Source of the DNA: an uncultured Actinomycetes bacterium
GTDB lineage: Bacteria > Actinomycetota > Actinomycetes > S36-B12 > CAIYMF01
Length of the DNA stretch: 32,000 nt
Direction: 5' to 3'
NCBI GenBank assembly: GCA_963843975.1
Contig: CAWJMG010000001.1
Span: 1 to 32,000 of the forward strand
Both the position numbers and the translations under genes were made by a program. Below the pieces are notes generated by a model. That model saw nothing but the letters and a program-made list of their open reading frames with translations. It was not told the DNA's origin and did not search any database. Shown here in pieces: positions 13,469 through 21,909 of this stretch (its first letter is position 1; the number at the start of each line of letters is the position of its first letter).

Positions 13469-13523
13469 GGCTTCCTCGCTGGGGTGCATGGTTCTCGGGT
13501 GGTGTCAGGTGGGTCGGGCAACG

Positions 13524-13556
13524 AAAAACCCCCCGGCCCGAACGGGCGGCGAGGGG
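13524..13556 (-). terminator. intrinsic terminator in the ilvB leader (attenuator)
   Basis: Minus-strand RNA is CCCCUCGCCGCCC-GUUC-GGGCCGGGGGG followed by UUUUU. The stem is 4 bp, a 2-nt bulge, then 7 bp, with a tetraloop and a U5 tail (plus-strand A run 13524-13528). It lies between the leader sORF stop (13581) and the ilvB start (13468). A U-tailed terminator is conspicuous in this GC-rich window. Confidence 0.65.
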
Positions 13557-13580
13557 TGCGCGCAATCGACGACGAGACCG

Positions 13581-13625
13581 TCAGGCTGCGCGCCCGCGGA
13601 GTACGACGACGATGCTGGTGAACAC
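13581..13625 (-). CDS. ilvB leader peptide sORF, 14 codons: (M)FTSIVVVLRGRAA (GTG start; 16 codons if GTG 13631 is used)
   Basis: GTG TTC ACC AGC ATC GTC GTC GTA CTC CGC GGG CGC GCA GCC TGA. It has a run of Ile-Val-Val-Val-Leu codons directly upstream of the terminator hairpin. Confidence 0.55.
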   Translation of the reverse strand: MFTSIVVVLRGRAA

Positions 13626-13632
13626 GAGCACG

Positions 13633-13638
13633 AGGCTA
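13633..13638 (-). promoter_or_regulatory. candidate -10 hexamer TAGCCT, 7 nt upstream of the ilvB leader sORF GTG 13625
   Basis: Minus strand reads TAGCCT-cgtgctc-GTG. Confidence 0.35.
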
Positions 13639-13702
13639 CAGGGACGTCCGGACCGTGTCACGTGCTGACACGAACGTCTCAGATCGCGAGACAGAAGTCC
13701 GG

Positions 13703-15949
13703 TCACCGGGACGGGACGACGTCGACCATGTCCTCGATGCGGATCGAGCCGAGGCGCAGCAGATCGGTCGCGGCCCGCTCCCCCAGCGGCAGGCTCAGCA
13801 GGTGCCCCTGGCCGAGCACGGCACCCGAGGCCTTGAGCAGCGTGAGCTGGTCGTGCCGCTCGATGCCCTCGACGACGACGGCGAGCCCGAGGTCGCGGCC
13901 GAGGCGCAGGACGGCGGGCAGGGTGTCGCGGGCCGAGCCGACGCGGCTGGTGAGGTCGCGGTCGATCTTCAGGCAGTCGAGCGGCAGCCTCGGCAGGTAC
14001 GACAGCGACGAGTAGCCGGTGCCGAAGTCGTCGAGGGCCACGCGGACGCCGAGGCGCCGGATCTTCTCCAGCTCGACGGTCGTGTGGTCGAGGTCGCGCA
14101 CGAGCTGGTGCTCGGTGATCTCGAGGCAGAGCATGTCGGCGGGGACGCCGTAGCAGATGAGCGCGTTCTCGACCTGCAGGGCCAGCTCGCCGCCGGACTC
14201 GAGCTGGCGGGCGGACACGTTCACGTTGAGGCGCGTGCGGATTCCGGCGCGCAGCCACTGCCCGAGCATCTGGACGGCGCTGTCGAGCACCCAGCCGCCG
14301 ACGGGCACGATCAGCCCGCTCTCCTCCGCGGCCTCGATCACCTCGGTGACGGTCCAGTCGGAGAAGTCCTCGTGGTCGAAGCGCAGCAGCGCCTCGACGG
14401 CGTAGATGTCTCCGGTGCGCAGGTCGACGATCGGCTGGTAGGCGAGCGACAGCCGGTCGTGCGCGAGCGCGTGGCGCAGGCGGGCGGCGGCATCGAGCCG
14501 GCGCAGGGCCGACGCGTGCATGGCCGGCTCGAACACCGACACGCGGTCGCGGCCGCTCTCCTTCGCCCGGTAGAGCGCGAGGTCGGCGTTGCGCAGAGCG
14601 GACTCGGCGTCGTCGTCCTCCCCCGGGCGGGCGAGGCCGATGCTGGCCGAGACCACGACGTCGCGGTGCCCGATCCGGTACGGCGCCGACAGCGACGCCC
14701 GGAGTCGCTCGGCGATCTCGACGGCTGTCTCGTCCGAGCAGTCGTTGAGGAGAGCGACGAACTCGTCGCCGCCGAACCGCGCCACGACGTCGCTCTCGCG
14801 GACCTCGGCAGCAAGACGCGTGGCGGTCTCGATGAGGAGCTCGTCGCCGACCGCGTGGCCGAACGAGTCGTTGACGTCCTTGAATCCGTCGAGGTCGATG
14901 AACAGCACCGCCACATGACCGCGCATCGGGCCGTGCAGCGCCGCCTCGACGCGGCCGGTGAACTCGCTGCGGTTGGGCAGGCCGGTGAGCCCGTCCTGCG
15001 TCGCGCGGGTGCGGAACATGTCCGCCTGGCGGCTCACCTGGGTGACGAGACGGCGGTTCTCGATGGCGAGCAGCACCTGGCTCGTGACCAGCGACCAGAG
15101 CAGGGTGAGGACGACCGCCGACAGGAGCGGGTCCGACGGGCGGCCGAGGGCCCACGCGATGGTCGTGGCGCCGATCGCGAGGCAGGCCACGAGGTAGGGC
15201 AGGCGAAGGCCCGGGCCGGTGGGCACCCGCATGGTGCCCGCGCGGAACGGGCTCGGGGCCAGCCACGCCGTCGCGGCGATGAGCACGCCTGCCACGGTCC
15301 AGGAGGCGACGTACGCCGACTGCGTGATCGGGGTCCAGGTGCCGGCGCCGACGAAGGCGCGGTACAGGTCGCCGTGGGCGAGCGCGACGCCGACGAGGGC
15401 GAGGGCCGCTCCGCCGATGCGGGTGCCCTTGGGCAGGCGCAGCGTGAGGGCGAGCACCGTGCTCACGAGGGCGAGATCGCCGAGCAGCCAGATCGAGCCG
15501 AGCGCGACGCTCTCCGGCGAGTCGAGCAGGCGGGCTCCCGGGACGGTCGCGAGCCACAGCGCCACGAAGACCGAGCCGCCGAGGAGCCAGCCGTCGAGCC
15601 CGAGCAGCACCCAGCGCTGGAGGCCGCTCACGGTGCCGGGGAACGACCCGACCGCGGCGGCCGCGAGGACCGCAGCGAGCAGCCGCGGGACCCACGAGGC
15701 CTCGGTGGGCTGGTCGACCAGGGCGAGCTCGCCGAGCGAGACCGAGGCCACCAGGCAGGCGGCCGCCATGAGCCCCCACGCGGCCCGCAGCCGTCCCGCA
15801 GCGCGCGCCGCGACGACGACCAGGGACGCACCCGTCATGAGCGCGATCAGGGCGACGTAGACGAACATCCACGAGCCGTCGTCGTCGCCGCCCAGCATCA
15901 CGGGCACGGCGCCGACAGCCAGGGCCACGGCGAGCACCGGCAGCAGCAT
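13703..15949 (-). CDS. membrane-anchored GGDEF-EAL protein (diguanylate cyclase/phosphodiesterase), multi-TM N-terminal domain
   Basis: About 330 aa of hydrophobic helices come first. The GGDEF domain has an RxxD I-site (RESDVVARFGGDEF). The EAL domain has AVEALLRF, EITE, DDFGTGYSSL, KIDR and EGIE. Start set at ATG 15949. The track extension to 16351 overlaps ilvD, and codons 15950-16006 have poor GC3 (GCA, GCT, CCT). Confidence 0.85.
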   Translation of the reverse strand: MLLPVLAVALAVGAVPVMLGGDDDGSWMFVYVALIALMTGASLVVVAARAAGRLRAAWGLMAAACLVASVSLGELALVDQPTEASWVPRLLAAVLAAAAVGSFPGTVSGLQRWVLLGLDGWLLGGSVFVALWLATVPGARLLDSPESVALGSIWLLGDLALVSTVLALTLRLPKGTRIGGAALALVGVALAHGDLYRAFVGAGTWTPITQSAYVASWTVAGVLIAATAWLAPSPFRAGTMRVPTGPGLRLPYLVACLAIGATTIAWALGRPSDPLLSAVVLTLLWSLVTSQVLLAIENRRLVTQVSRQADMFRTRATQDGLTGLPNRSEFTGRVEAALHGPMRGHVAVLFIDLDGFKDVNDSFGHAVGDELLIETATRLAAEVRESDVVARFGGDEFVALLNDCSDETAVEIAERLRASLSAPYRIGHRDVVVSASIGLARPGEDDDAESALRNADLALYRAKESGRDRVSVFEPAMHASALRRLDAAARLRHALAHDRLSLAYQPIVDLRTGDIYAVEALLRFDHEDFSDWTVTEVIEAAEESGLIVPVGGWVLDSAVQMLGQWLRAGIRTRLNVNVSARQLESGGELALQVENALICYGVPADMLCLEITEHQLVRDLDHTTVELEKIRRLGVRVALDDFGTGYSSLSYLPRLPLDCLKIDRDLTSRVGSARDTLPAVLRLGRDLGLAVVVEGIERHDQLTLLKASGAVLGQGHLLSLPLGERAATDLLRLGSIRIEDMVDVVPSR

Positions 15950-16069
15950 CCAGACCGGCCGGTCGGGTGCCGTGCGAGCTGCTGCAGGCGCGTGCGTGGA
16001 CGTCACTCTGCGTTCATCGGCGCAGGTGGGGGGACCTTGAGGTCGCGGCAGGTCCCAGAACGGCCGCAG

Positions 16070-16092
16070 CCCGACCCCGTCGTGGGATCGGG
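16070..16092 (-). terminator. weak candidate hairpin downstream of ilvD
   Basis: cccgacccc (16070-16078) / gggatcggg (16084-16092): 8 of 9 positions pair, 5-nt loop, 22 nt after the ilvD stop, no U-tract. Confidence 0.3.
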
Positions 16093-16113
16093 CCGCGGCG
16101 CGGACGTGCGGGC

Positions 16114-17799
16114 TCAGTCGAGGACGGCGCCGTAGCGGGCAGAGCCGACGAGCTTGGCGTACTTCGCGAGGACACCGCGCTGGTGCTTGGGCGCGGGCGG
16201 CTGCCAGCCCGCCTTGCGGGCCTCGAGCTCGGCCTCGTCCACGAGCAGGTCGAGGGTGCGGGCCGCAGCGTCGAGGCGGATGCGGTCGCCGTCCTTCACG
16301 AACGCGATCGGACCGCCGTCCACGGCCTCGGGAGCGACGTGCCCGACGCACAGGCCGGTGGTGCCGCCGGAGAAGCGGCCATCGGTGATGAGCAGGACGT
16401 CCTTGCCGAGGCCTGCACCCTTGATGGCGCCCGTGACGGCGAGCATCTCGCGCATGCCCGGGCCGCCCTTGGGGCCCTCGTAGCGGATGACGACGACGTC
16501 GTCCTTCTGCAGCGTGCCGTCCTCGACGGCCTGCATCGCCCCGGCCTCGCCGTCGAACACACGGGCGTTGCCCTCGAACACGTCGCTGTCGAAGCCGGCG
16601 GTCTTCACGACCGCGCCCTCGGGCGCGAGCGAGCCGGACAGGATCGCGAGGCCGCCGGTCTTGTGGATGGGGTTCGACAGCGCGCGCAGGATCTTGCCGT
16701 CCGGGTCCGGCGGGGCGATGTCGGCGAGGTTCTCGGCCATCGTCTTGCCGGTCACGGTGAGGCAGTCGCCGTTGAGCAGGCCGGCGTCGAGGAGCGCCTT
16801 CATGACGACGGGGATGCCGCCGATGCGGTCGACGTCGCTCATGACGTACTGGCCGAACGGCTTGACGTTGGCGAGGTGCGGCACCTTGTCGGCGACGGTG
16901 TTGAAGTCCTCGATGTCGAGCTGCACGTGCGCCTCGTGGGCGATGGCGAGCAGGTGCAGGACGGCGTTCGTCGAGCCGCCCAGCGCCACGACGACGGCGA
17001 TCGCGTTGAGCAACGACTCGCGCGTGATGATGTCGCGGGTCGTTATCCCGCGGCGGAGCAGCTCGACGACGGCCTCGCCCGAGCGGTGCGCGTAGCCGTC
17101 ACGGCGGCGGTCGACGGCGGGCGGCGCGGCAGAGCCGGGAAGGCTCATGCCCATCGCCTCGGCAGCGGCCGCCATGGTGTTGGCGGTGTACATGCCGCCG
17201 CACGCGCCCTCGCCCGGGCAGATCGCGCGCTCGATGGCGTCGACCTCCTCGCGGGTGATGAGGCCGCGGGCGCACGCGCCGACCGCCTCGAACGCGTCGA
17301 TGATCGTGACGTCCTTGTCGCCGACCCGGCCCGGAAGGATCGACCCGGCGTAGAGGAAGACCGCGGCGACGTCGAGGCGCGCGGCGGCCATGAGCATCGC
17401 GGGCTCGGACTTGTCGCAGCCCGCGAGCAGGACGCCGCCGTCGAGCCGCTCGGCCTCGAACACGCACTCGACGGAGTCGGCGATGACGTCGCGGCTCACG
17501 AGCGAGTAGTGCATGCCCACGTGGCCCATCGAGATGCCGTCGGAGACGGAGATGGTGCCGAACTCGAGCGGGTAGCCGCCCCCGGCGTGCACGCCGTTCT
17601 TCGCGGCATCCGCGAGGCGGTCGAGCGAGAGGTTGCAGGGGGTGATCTCGTTCCACGACGAGGCGATGCCGATCTGCGGCTTCACCCAGTCGTCGTCGCC
17701 CATGCCGACGGCGCGGAGCATGCCGCGGGCGGCGGCGCGCTCGAGGCCGTCGGTGACGGTGCGGCTGCGGGGCTTGATGTCAGGGGTCTCGGTGCTCAC
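16114..17799 (-). CDS. ilvD: dihydroxy-acid dehydratase, 561 aa
   Basis: ..[87 protein letters not shown]..; intact, GTG start at 17799. Confidence 0.95.
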   Translation of the reverse strand: MSTETPDIKPRSRTVTDGLERAAARGMLRAVGMGDDDWVKPQIGIASSWNEITPCNLSLDRLADAAKNGVHAGGGYPLEFGTISVSDGISMGHVGMHYSLVSRDVIADSVECVFEAERLDGGVLLAGCDKSEPAMLMAAARLDVAAVFLYAGSILPGRVGDKDVTIIDAFEAVGACARGLITREEVDAIERAICPGEGACGGMYTANTMAAAAEAMGMSLPGSAAPPAVDRRRDGYAHRSGEAVVELLRRGITTRDIITRESLLNAIAVVVALGGSTNAVLHLLAIAHEAHVQLDIEDFNTVADKVPHLANVKPFGQYVMSDVDRIGGIPVVMKALLDAGLLNGDCLTVTGKTMAENLADIAPPDPDGKILRALSNPIHKTGGLAILSGSLAPEGAVVKTAGFDSDVFEGNARVFDGEAGAMQAVEDGTLQKDDVVVIRYEGPKGGPGMREMLAVTGAIKGAGLGKDVLLITDGRFSGGTTGLCVGHVAPEAVDGGPIAFVKDGDRIRLDAAARTLDLLVDEAELEARKAGWQPPAPKHQRGVLAKYAKLVGSARYGAVLD

Positions 17800-17805
17800 G
17801 TGCTG

Positions 17806-17811
17806 AGCCTA
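17806..17811 (-). promoter_or_regulatory. candidate -10 hexamer TAGGCT, 6 nt upstream of the ilvD GTG (leaderless)
   Basis: Minus strand reads TAGGCT-cagcac-GTG. Confidence 0.4.
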
Positions 17812-17856
17812 CGAGGTGTGCGTGCGGGCGGCTGCGCGAGCCCGGGCACGCAGCGG

Positions 17857-18186
17857 TCAGAGGCTGGCGATGATCCGTGCGCGGGCGGCGTCGTGCTCGT
17901 CCTGGGTGATGCTGCCGGCAGCGAGCAGGGTGTCGACCTCGGCGAGGCGCTCCTCGAGGCTGCGCTCGGGCGAGAGCAGCTGGGAGTCCTTGGCGGCCGC
18001 CATGAGCTGGATGTCGCCGGCCAGCGGGTCGAGACCCTCGCGGCGGGCGGCGTAGAAGCGGTAGATCGCGGTGCCGATCACGACGACGAAACCGAGGACG
18101 ATGATGACCGGCACGATCGTGAACATGGTGTCGGCGGCCTCGCTGCCCGGCATCGGGAGCGACCCCGCGAGCACTGACGTGTCCAT
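17857..18186 (-). CDS. small membrane protein with a C-terminal SHOCT domain (109 aa)
   Basis: One TM helix (MFTIVPVIIVLGFVVVIGTAIY) and a C-terminal LAEVDTLLAAGSITQDEHDAARARII (SHOCT pattern). ATG is preceded by GGGGGAGAG. Confidence 0.75.
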   Translation of the reverse strand: MDTSVLAGSLPMPGSEAADTMFTIVPVIIVLGFVVVIGTAIYRFYAARREGLDPLAGDIQLMAAAKDSQLLSPERSLEERLAEVDTLLAAGSITQDEHDAARARIIASL

Positions 18187-18230
18187 GTCTCTCCCCCTGG
18201 CCGAGAATCGGGCTGCTGCCCTCTCTCACG

Positions 18231-19169
18231 CTATGGGCGGGTCAGAAGGTTGTCGAGCGGCTCGCCCGCGCGCAGACGACGGATCTGCGCGGCCACCAGC
18301 CGGCGTGCGCGCGGCTCGAAGGCCGTGCTGTTGCCGCCGACGTGCGGGCTGATGAGCACGCCGGGCGCGGACCACAGCGGATGGTCGGCGGGCAGCGGCT
18401 CAGGGTCGGTGACGTCGAGCGCTGCGCGGACCCGGCCGGCGTGCAGCGCCGCCACCAGGTCGTCGGTGACGACGACGGGCCCGCGGGCGACGTTGACCAG
18501 CAGCGCCCCGCGGGGCATCCGGGCGAGGAACGCGGCGTCCACGAGGCCGACCGTCTCCGGCGTCGCGGGCAGGATGAGGATGACGACGTCGGCCGTGGGC
18601 AGCAGGCCGTCCAGCTCGGCCATCCCGTGCACGGTGCGGCCGTCCTCGAGGGTGCGCGCGGTGCGGGCGACGCGGACGACCTCGCACTCGAAGCCGTCGA
18701 GGCGACGCTCGATCGCCTGGCCGATCCGGCCGAAGCCGAGGATGAGCACGCGCTTGTCGGCGATGGAGTCGTTCGTCCGGGGCAGCCACGACCCCGTGGC
18801 CTGGTTGCGGGCGAAGTCGTCCAGGCCGCGCAGCCGGGTGAGGGCGAGGCCGACGGCGAGCTCCGCGGTGCTGGCGTCGTGCACGCCCGCCGCGTTGTGC
18901 AGCGCCACGCCGTCGGGGAGGAAGGGCCACACGGCGTCCACCCCGGCCCAGAGGCTCTGCACCGTACGCAGCGCGGGCATGCGGGCCATGGCCTCGAGCG
19001 CGGGGCGCCCTCCGAGGTACGGCGGCACGTAGACGGTCACGCGTGCGAGCACGTCGTCGTCGGGCGGCGGCTCACCGTCGGCCCACACGTGCACCTCGAG
19101 GCGGTCGGTCGCGCCGCCGAGCGCGTCGGCGTGGCTGTGCCACGGCAGGAGGATCACGTCGTCGGCCAT
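18231..19169 (-). CDS. D-isomer-specific 2-hydroxyacid dehydrogenase family protein (312 aa)
   Basis: NAD-binding motif VLILGFGRIGQAIERRL. Catalytic-domain pattern ..LLVNVARGPVV..ALDVTDPEPLP..HPLW..PGVLISPHVGG. Confidence 0.85.
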   Translation of the reverse strand: MADDVILLPWHSHADALGGATDRLEVHVWADGEPPPDDDVLARVTVYVPPYLGGRPALEAMARMPALRTVQSLWAGVDAVWPFLPDGVALHNAAGVHDASTAELAVGLALTRLRGLDDFARNQATGSWLPRTNDSIADKRVLILGFGRIGQAIERRLDGFECEVVRVARTARTLEDGRTVHGMAELDGLLPTADVVILILPATPETVGLVDAAFLARMPRGALLVNVARGPVVVTDDLVAALHAGRVRAALDVTDPEPLPADHPLWSAPGVLISPHVGGNSTAFEPRARRLVAAQIRRLRAGEPLDNLLTRP

Positions 19170-19175
19170 GTCCCG

Positions 19176-19181
19176 ACGCTA
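19176..19181 (-). promoter_or_regulatory. candidate -10 hexamer TAGCGT, 6 nt upstream of ATG 19169 (leaderless)
   Basis: Minus strand reads TAGCGT-cgggac-ATG. It is 11 bp from the divergent -10 at 19193. Confidence 0.35.
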
Positions 19182-19192
19182 GCGCCCGCGCG

Positions 19193-19198
19193 TACTGT
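19193..19198 (+). promoter_or_regulatory. candidate -10 hexamer TACTGT, 6 nt upstream of ATG 19205 (leaderless)
   Basis: TACTGT-cgaggc-ATG. Confidence 0.35.
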
Positions 19199-19204
19199 CG
19201 AGGC

Positions 19205-20155
19205 ATGACGTCTCGCAGGCTCGGCAGCAGCGGCATCGAGGTCGGCCCGGTCGGGCTCGGATGCATGGGGATGACGCACGCGTACGACTTCAGCGAGCAG
19301 GACGAGGCGGAGTCGATCCGCGTGATCCACCGGGCCCTCGAGCTGGGTGCCACCCTGATCGACACGTCGGACGTCTACGGCCCGCACACGAACGAGGTGC
19401 TGGTCGGCAAGGCCCTGGCCGGCCGGCGCGACGGCGCCGTGCTCGCCACCAAGTGCGGCCTGCTCCAGGTCGACGGCGGGCCGATGACCCGCAACGGATC
19501 GCCGGAGTACGTCGCGGCCGCGTGCGACGCGAGCCTCGCGCGGCTCGGCGTCGACCACATCGACCTCTACCAATTGCACCGCGTCGACCCCGAGGTGCCG
19601 GTCGAGGAGACCTGGGGCGCGTTCGCGACCCTGGTCGAGGCGGGCAAGGTGCGCGCCATCGGCCTGTCCGAGGCCACCCTCGACGAGGTCGAGCGCTGTC
19701 ACGCGATCCACCCGGTGGCGAGCGTCCAGAGCGAGCTGTCGCTGTGGACACGCGACTGGGAGTCCGACGTCCTGCCCTGGTGCCGCGCGAACGACGTCGC
19801 GTTCCTCGCCTTCGCTCCGCTGGGGCGCGGGTTCCTCACAGGTGCGATGACGGCCGACCGTGGCTTCGAGACCGGCGACTTCCGCAGCGGCCTGCCCCGG
19901 TTCCAGCCGGAGAACCTCGCGGCCAACCAGGCTCTCGTCGACTCCGTCCGCGACGTGGCCGAGCGCATCGGCGCGACCCCCGCGCAGGTGGCGATCGCGT
20001 GGCTTCTGGCGCAGGCCGAGCAGGTCGTGCCCATCCCGGGCACCAAGCGGGTGCACCGGCTCGAGGAGAACGTCGCTGCCGCCGCGGTCGCACTGTCGGC
20101 GGACGACCTCGCGCTGCTCGATGCTCTGCCCGCGCCGGTCGGCACGCGCTACTGA
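19205..20155 (+). CDS. aldo/keto reductase (316 aa)
   Basis: MTSRRLGSSGIEVGPVGLGCMGMTHAY...LIDTSDVYGPHTNE..IDLYQLHRVDP...; start is the in-frame ATG 19205 of track ORF 19043-20155. Confidence 0.9.
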   Translation: MTSRRLGSSGIEVGPVGLGCMGMTHAYDFSEQDEAESIRVIHRALELGATLIDTSDVYGPHTNEVLVGKALAGRRDGAVLATKCGLLQVDGGPMTRNGSPEYVAAACDASLARLGVDHIDLYQLHRVDPEVPVEETWGAFATLVEAGKVRAIGLSEATLDEVERCHAIHPVASVQSELSLWTRDWESDVLPWCRANDVAFLAFAPLGRGFLTGAMTADRGFETGDFRSGLPRFQPENLAANQALVDSVRDVAERIGATPAQVAIAWLLAQAEQVVPIPGTKRVHRLEENVAAAAVALSADDLALLDALPAPVGTRY

Positions 20156-20170
20156 TCCGACCGCACTGGC

Positions 20171-20752
20171 TCAGCGGACGACGACGACCTTGGTTCCGAT
20201 CCCCGCCCACGAGTAGAGCCAGCGCGCATCTCGCTCGGTGAGGTGCGGGCAGCCGCCCCAGCCCACCGGCAGCCCCAGCATCGACGCCGGATGCACGAGG
20301 TAGCCGTCGCGGTAGCGCGGGATCGAGTGGAACCCGATCGCTGCGCTGGCACCGTGGGCGAAACGGATCATGTGCCGGAAGGTGACGCCGTAGGTCGAGG
20401 ACACGCCCCGCAGCGACTTGCTGAAGACTCGATACGTCCCGGCGCCCGGGCGGTCCGTGCGGCCCGCCACAGCGAACTGCCGCACGACCCTGCCCCGGCC
20501 GTCGACGACCCAGACGTGCTGGGGCATCGCCATGGAGTAGACGATGCGTCGACCGGCACCGGAATGCGCCGGCAGCGGGATCCAGCCGGGCCGGACCGGT
20601 GTCGTCGCCTGGGGTGGCGTCACGGGTGCGGTCGTCGGGACCGGCGTGGTCGCGCCGCCCGGGGAGGAGGAGGCCACGGCCGGCCCAGGGGCGGCCGTCA
20701 GGCCGAGGACGAGCGCCACGGCGACGAGGCCTCGAACGACGAGCCGGTGCAC
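20171..20752 (-). CDS. secreted L,D-transpeptidase (YkuD) family protein (193 aa)
   Basis: Signal-like N-terminus VHRLVVRGLVAVALVLGLTAAPGPAVA. The C-terminal part is ..IGFHSIP...LGLPVGWGGCPHLTERDARWLY (His..Gly-Cys catalytic pattern). GTG 20752 is preceded by GGAAGGGA. Confidence 0.7.
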   Translation of the reverse strand: MHRLVVRGLVAVALVLGLTAAPGPAVASSSPGGATTPVPTTAPVTPPQATTPVRPGWIPLPAHSGAGRRIVYSMAMPQHVWVVDGRGRVVRQFAVAGRTDRPGAGTYRVFSKSLRGVSSTYGVTFRHMIRFAHGASAAIGFHSIPRYRDGYLVHPASMLGLPVGWGGCPHLTERDARWLYSWAGIGTKVVVVR

Positions 20753-20846
20753 GCAGGTCCCTTCCGCCGGACGGTGGGCCGAGGCTAACCGCCGACGGCG
20801 ACATCCGCCCAGGGGTGTCAGGAGCCTGCTCTGCGTGACCGCGCCG

Positions 20847-21854
20847 TCACGCACCCCACGCGGTGATCCGCTCCGCGACCTCGACCCGACGGGCGAGGTC
20901 GTCGAGGAGGTCGGGCACCCTCTCCGCGGCGTCGCGGTCCTGCTCGGTCGCGACCGGGTCCAGCGCGCGGTCGACGGTGAAGCGGATCCAGCCGAGGCGC
21001 GAGGCCAAGGCCGGCCCGAGATCGCCCGGCACCAGCGCGGCCGCGGCTCCCCCGGCCCCGCGGTAGCCGCGCACGACCGCCGCAGCGATCCCCGGCTCGG
21101 CCCAGCCCGCCATCGTCAGCGCCGCGTGGGCGAGGTCGTGCGACGGCACAGCCGGGAGCACGACGTCCCAGTCGCACAGCAGCGGGCCGTGCGCACCGAG
21201 GAGCAGGTTCTTCTGGTCGACGTCGCCATGCGTCAGGACGGCATCGTCCTCGTCCCACGGCACGAGCAGGGCGGAGGCACGGCGGGCGAGGGGCTCGGCA
21301 GAGGCCAACCGCTCGGCCCACGCCGCACCCGCGGCACGGGACCGGGCCACGAGGTCGGGCCAGACCTCCGCCCGCGTCAGCCCGATGCGAGCTGCGTAGA
21401 GATCGGGTCGGAGCGGTCGCAGCTCCAGACGGTGCACCGCCGCGAGCGTGCGGCCGACCCAGGCGGCCAGTGCCTCGTCGACGGGCAGCCGCGGCACCGT
21501 CGTCGACTCGACCCAGCGGTGGAGGCGCACGGGCACGCCGGCGCCACCACCTGCGGGCTCGACGTACGCCACCGCGCCGCCACTCGCCGCGGGTACCGGA
21601 TCCGGCATCGCCACACCCGTTGCGGCGCAGGCGTTCTCGAGCCGCCAGCCCTCGTCGAGCCACTCGAGCCAGCGCGGCTCGCCCCACGTGTTGCGCAGCT
21701 CCTTCACGGCGTAGTCGCCGTGCGTGGTCGAGAGCCGCAGCACGACGTTCGACCACCCGCCGCCGACCTCGACGTACGCCGTCGGCTCGCCCGGCAGCCT
21801 GAAGGCCTCGAGCACGGCGCGCGGGTCAGGAGCCACGGCCCCAGCCTGCCCCAC
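20847..21854 (-). CDS. phosphotransferase (APH / choline-kinase-like) family protein; start uncertain (21836, 21854 or 21881)
   Basis: ..GGGWSNVVLRLSTTHGDYAVKEL.. (nucleotide-binding Lys), LTHGDVDQKNLLL (HxDxxxxN catalytic loop) and CDWDVV (DxD). The longest form (21881) would run into the hairpin at 21856-21909 and has poor GC3. Confidence 0.75.
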   Translation of the reverse strand: MGQAGAVAPDPRAVLEAFRLPGEPTAYVEVGGGWSNVVLRLSTTHGDYAVKELRNTWGEPRWLEWLDEGWRLENACAATGVAMPDPVPAASGGAVAYVEPAGGGAGVPVRLHRWVESTTVPRLPVDEALAAWVGRTLAAVHRLELRPLRPDLYAARIGLTRAEVWPDLVARSRAAGAAWAERLASAEPLARRASALLVPWDEDDAVLTHGDVDQKNLLLGAHGPLLCDWDVVLPAVPSHDLAHAALTMAGWAEPGIAAAVVRGYRGAGGAAAALVPGDLGPALASRLGWIRFTVDRALDPVATEQDRDAAERVPDLLDDLARRVEVAERITAWGA

Positions 21855-21855
21855 G

Positions 21856-21909
21856 CCGATTCGGTAGTGCCAAGGCGGCACGGGTGACGCCTTACCACTA
21901 CCGAATCGG
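21856..21909 (-). terminator. long imperfect hairpin abutting the gatB stop codon (candidate gatCAB terminator or protein-binding palindrome)
   Basis: Arms ccgattcggtagtgccaaggcg (21856-21877) and cgccttaccactaccgaatcgg (21888-21909). They form 14 bp + 6 bp separated by a 2x2 mismatch, with a 10-nt loop. No U-tract. Confidence 0.5.

Noticed and set aside
13469-13489. ATG 13489 as the ilvB start (track ORF start).
   Set aside because: It has no SD or -10 in front, and the seven extra codons are not ortholog-like. ATG 13468 has GAGGA at a 4-nt spacing.
15950-16351. The upstream extension of the GGDEF-EAL ORF to 16351, and the alternative GTG start at 16006.
   Set aside because: The extension overlaps the ilvD 3' end by over 230 nt. 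The 15950-16006 stretch uses GC3-poor codons (GCA x3, GCT, CCT), unlike the downstream coding sequence. GTG 16006 cannot be fully excluded.
13655-18177. Very long ORFs antisense to real genes, for example 13655-16135 (+, 826 aa), 15967-18177 (+, 736 aa), 8390-10114 (+), 11921-13621 (+), 27496-29676 (+), 5904-7103 (+) and 162-974 (+).
   Set aside because: They mirror well-supported genes on the opposite strand and are Arg/Ala/Gly/Pro/Asp-rich low-complexity translations. I recognise no motif in them. They are the expected stop-codon-poor shadow frames of a >70% GC genome.
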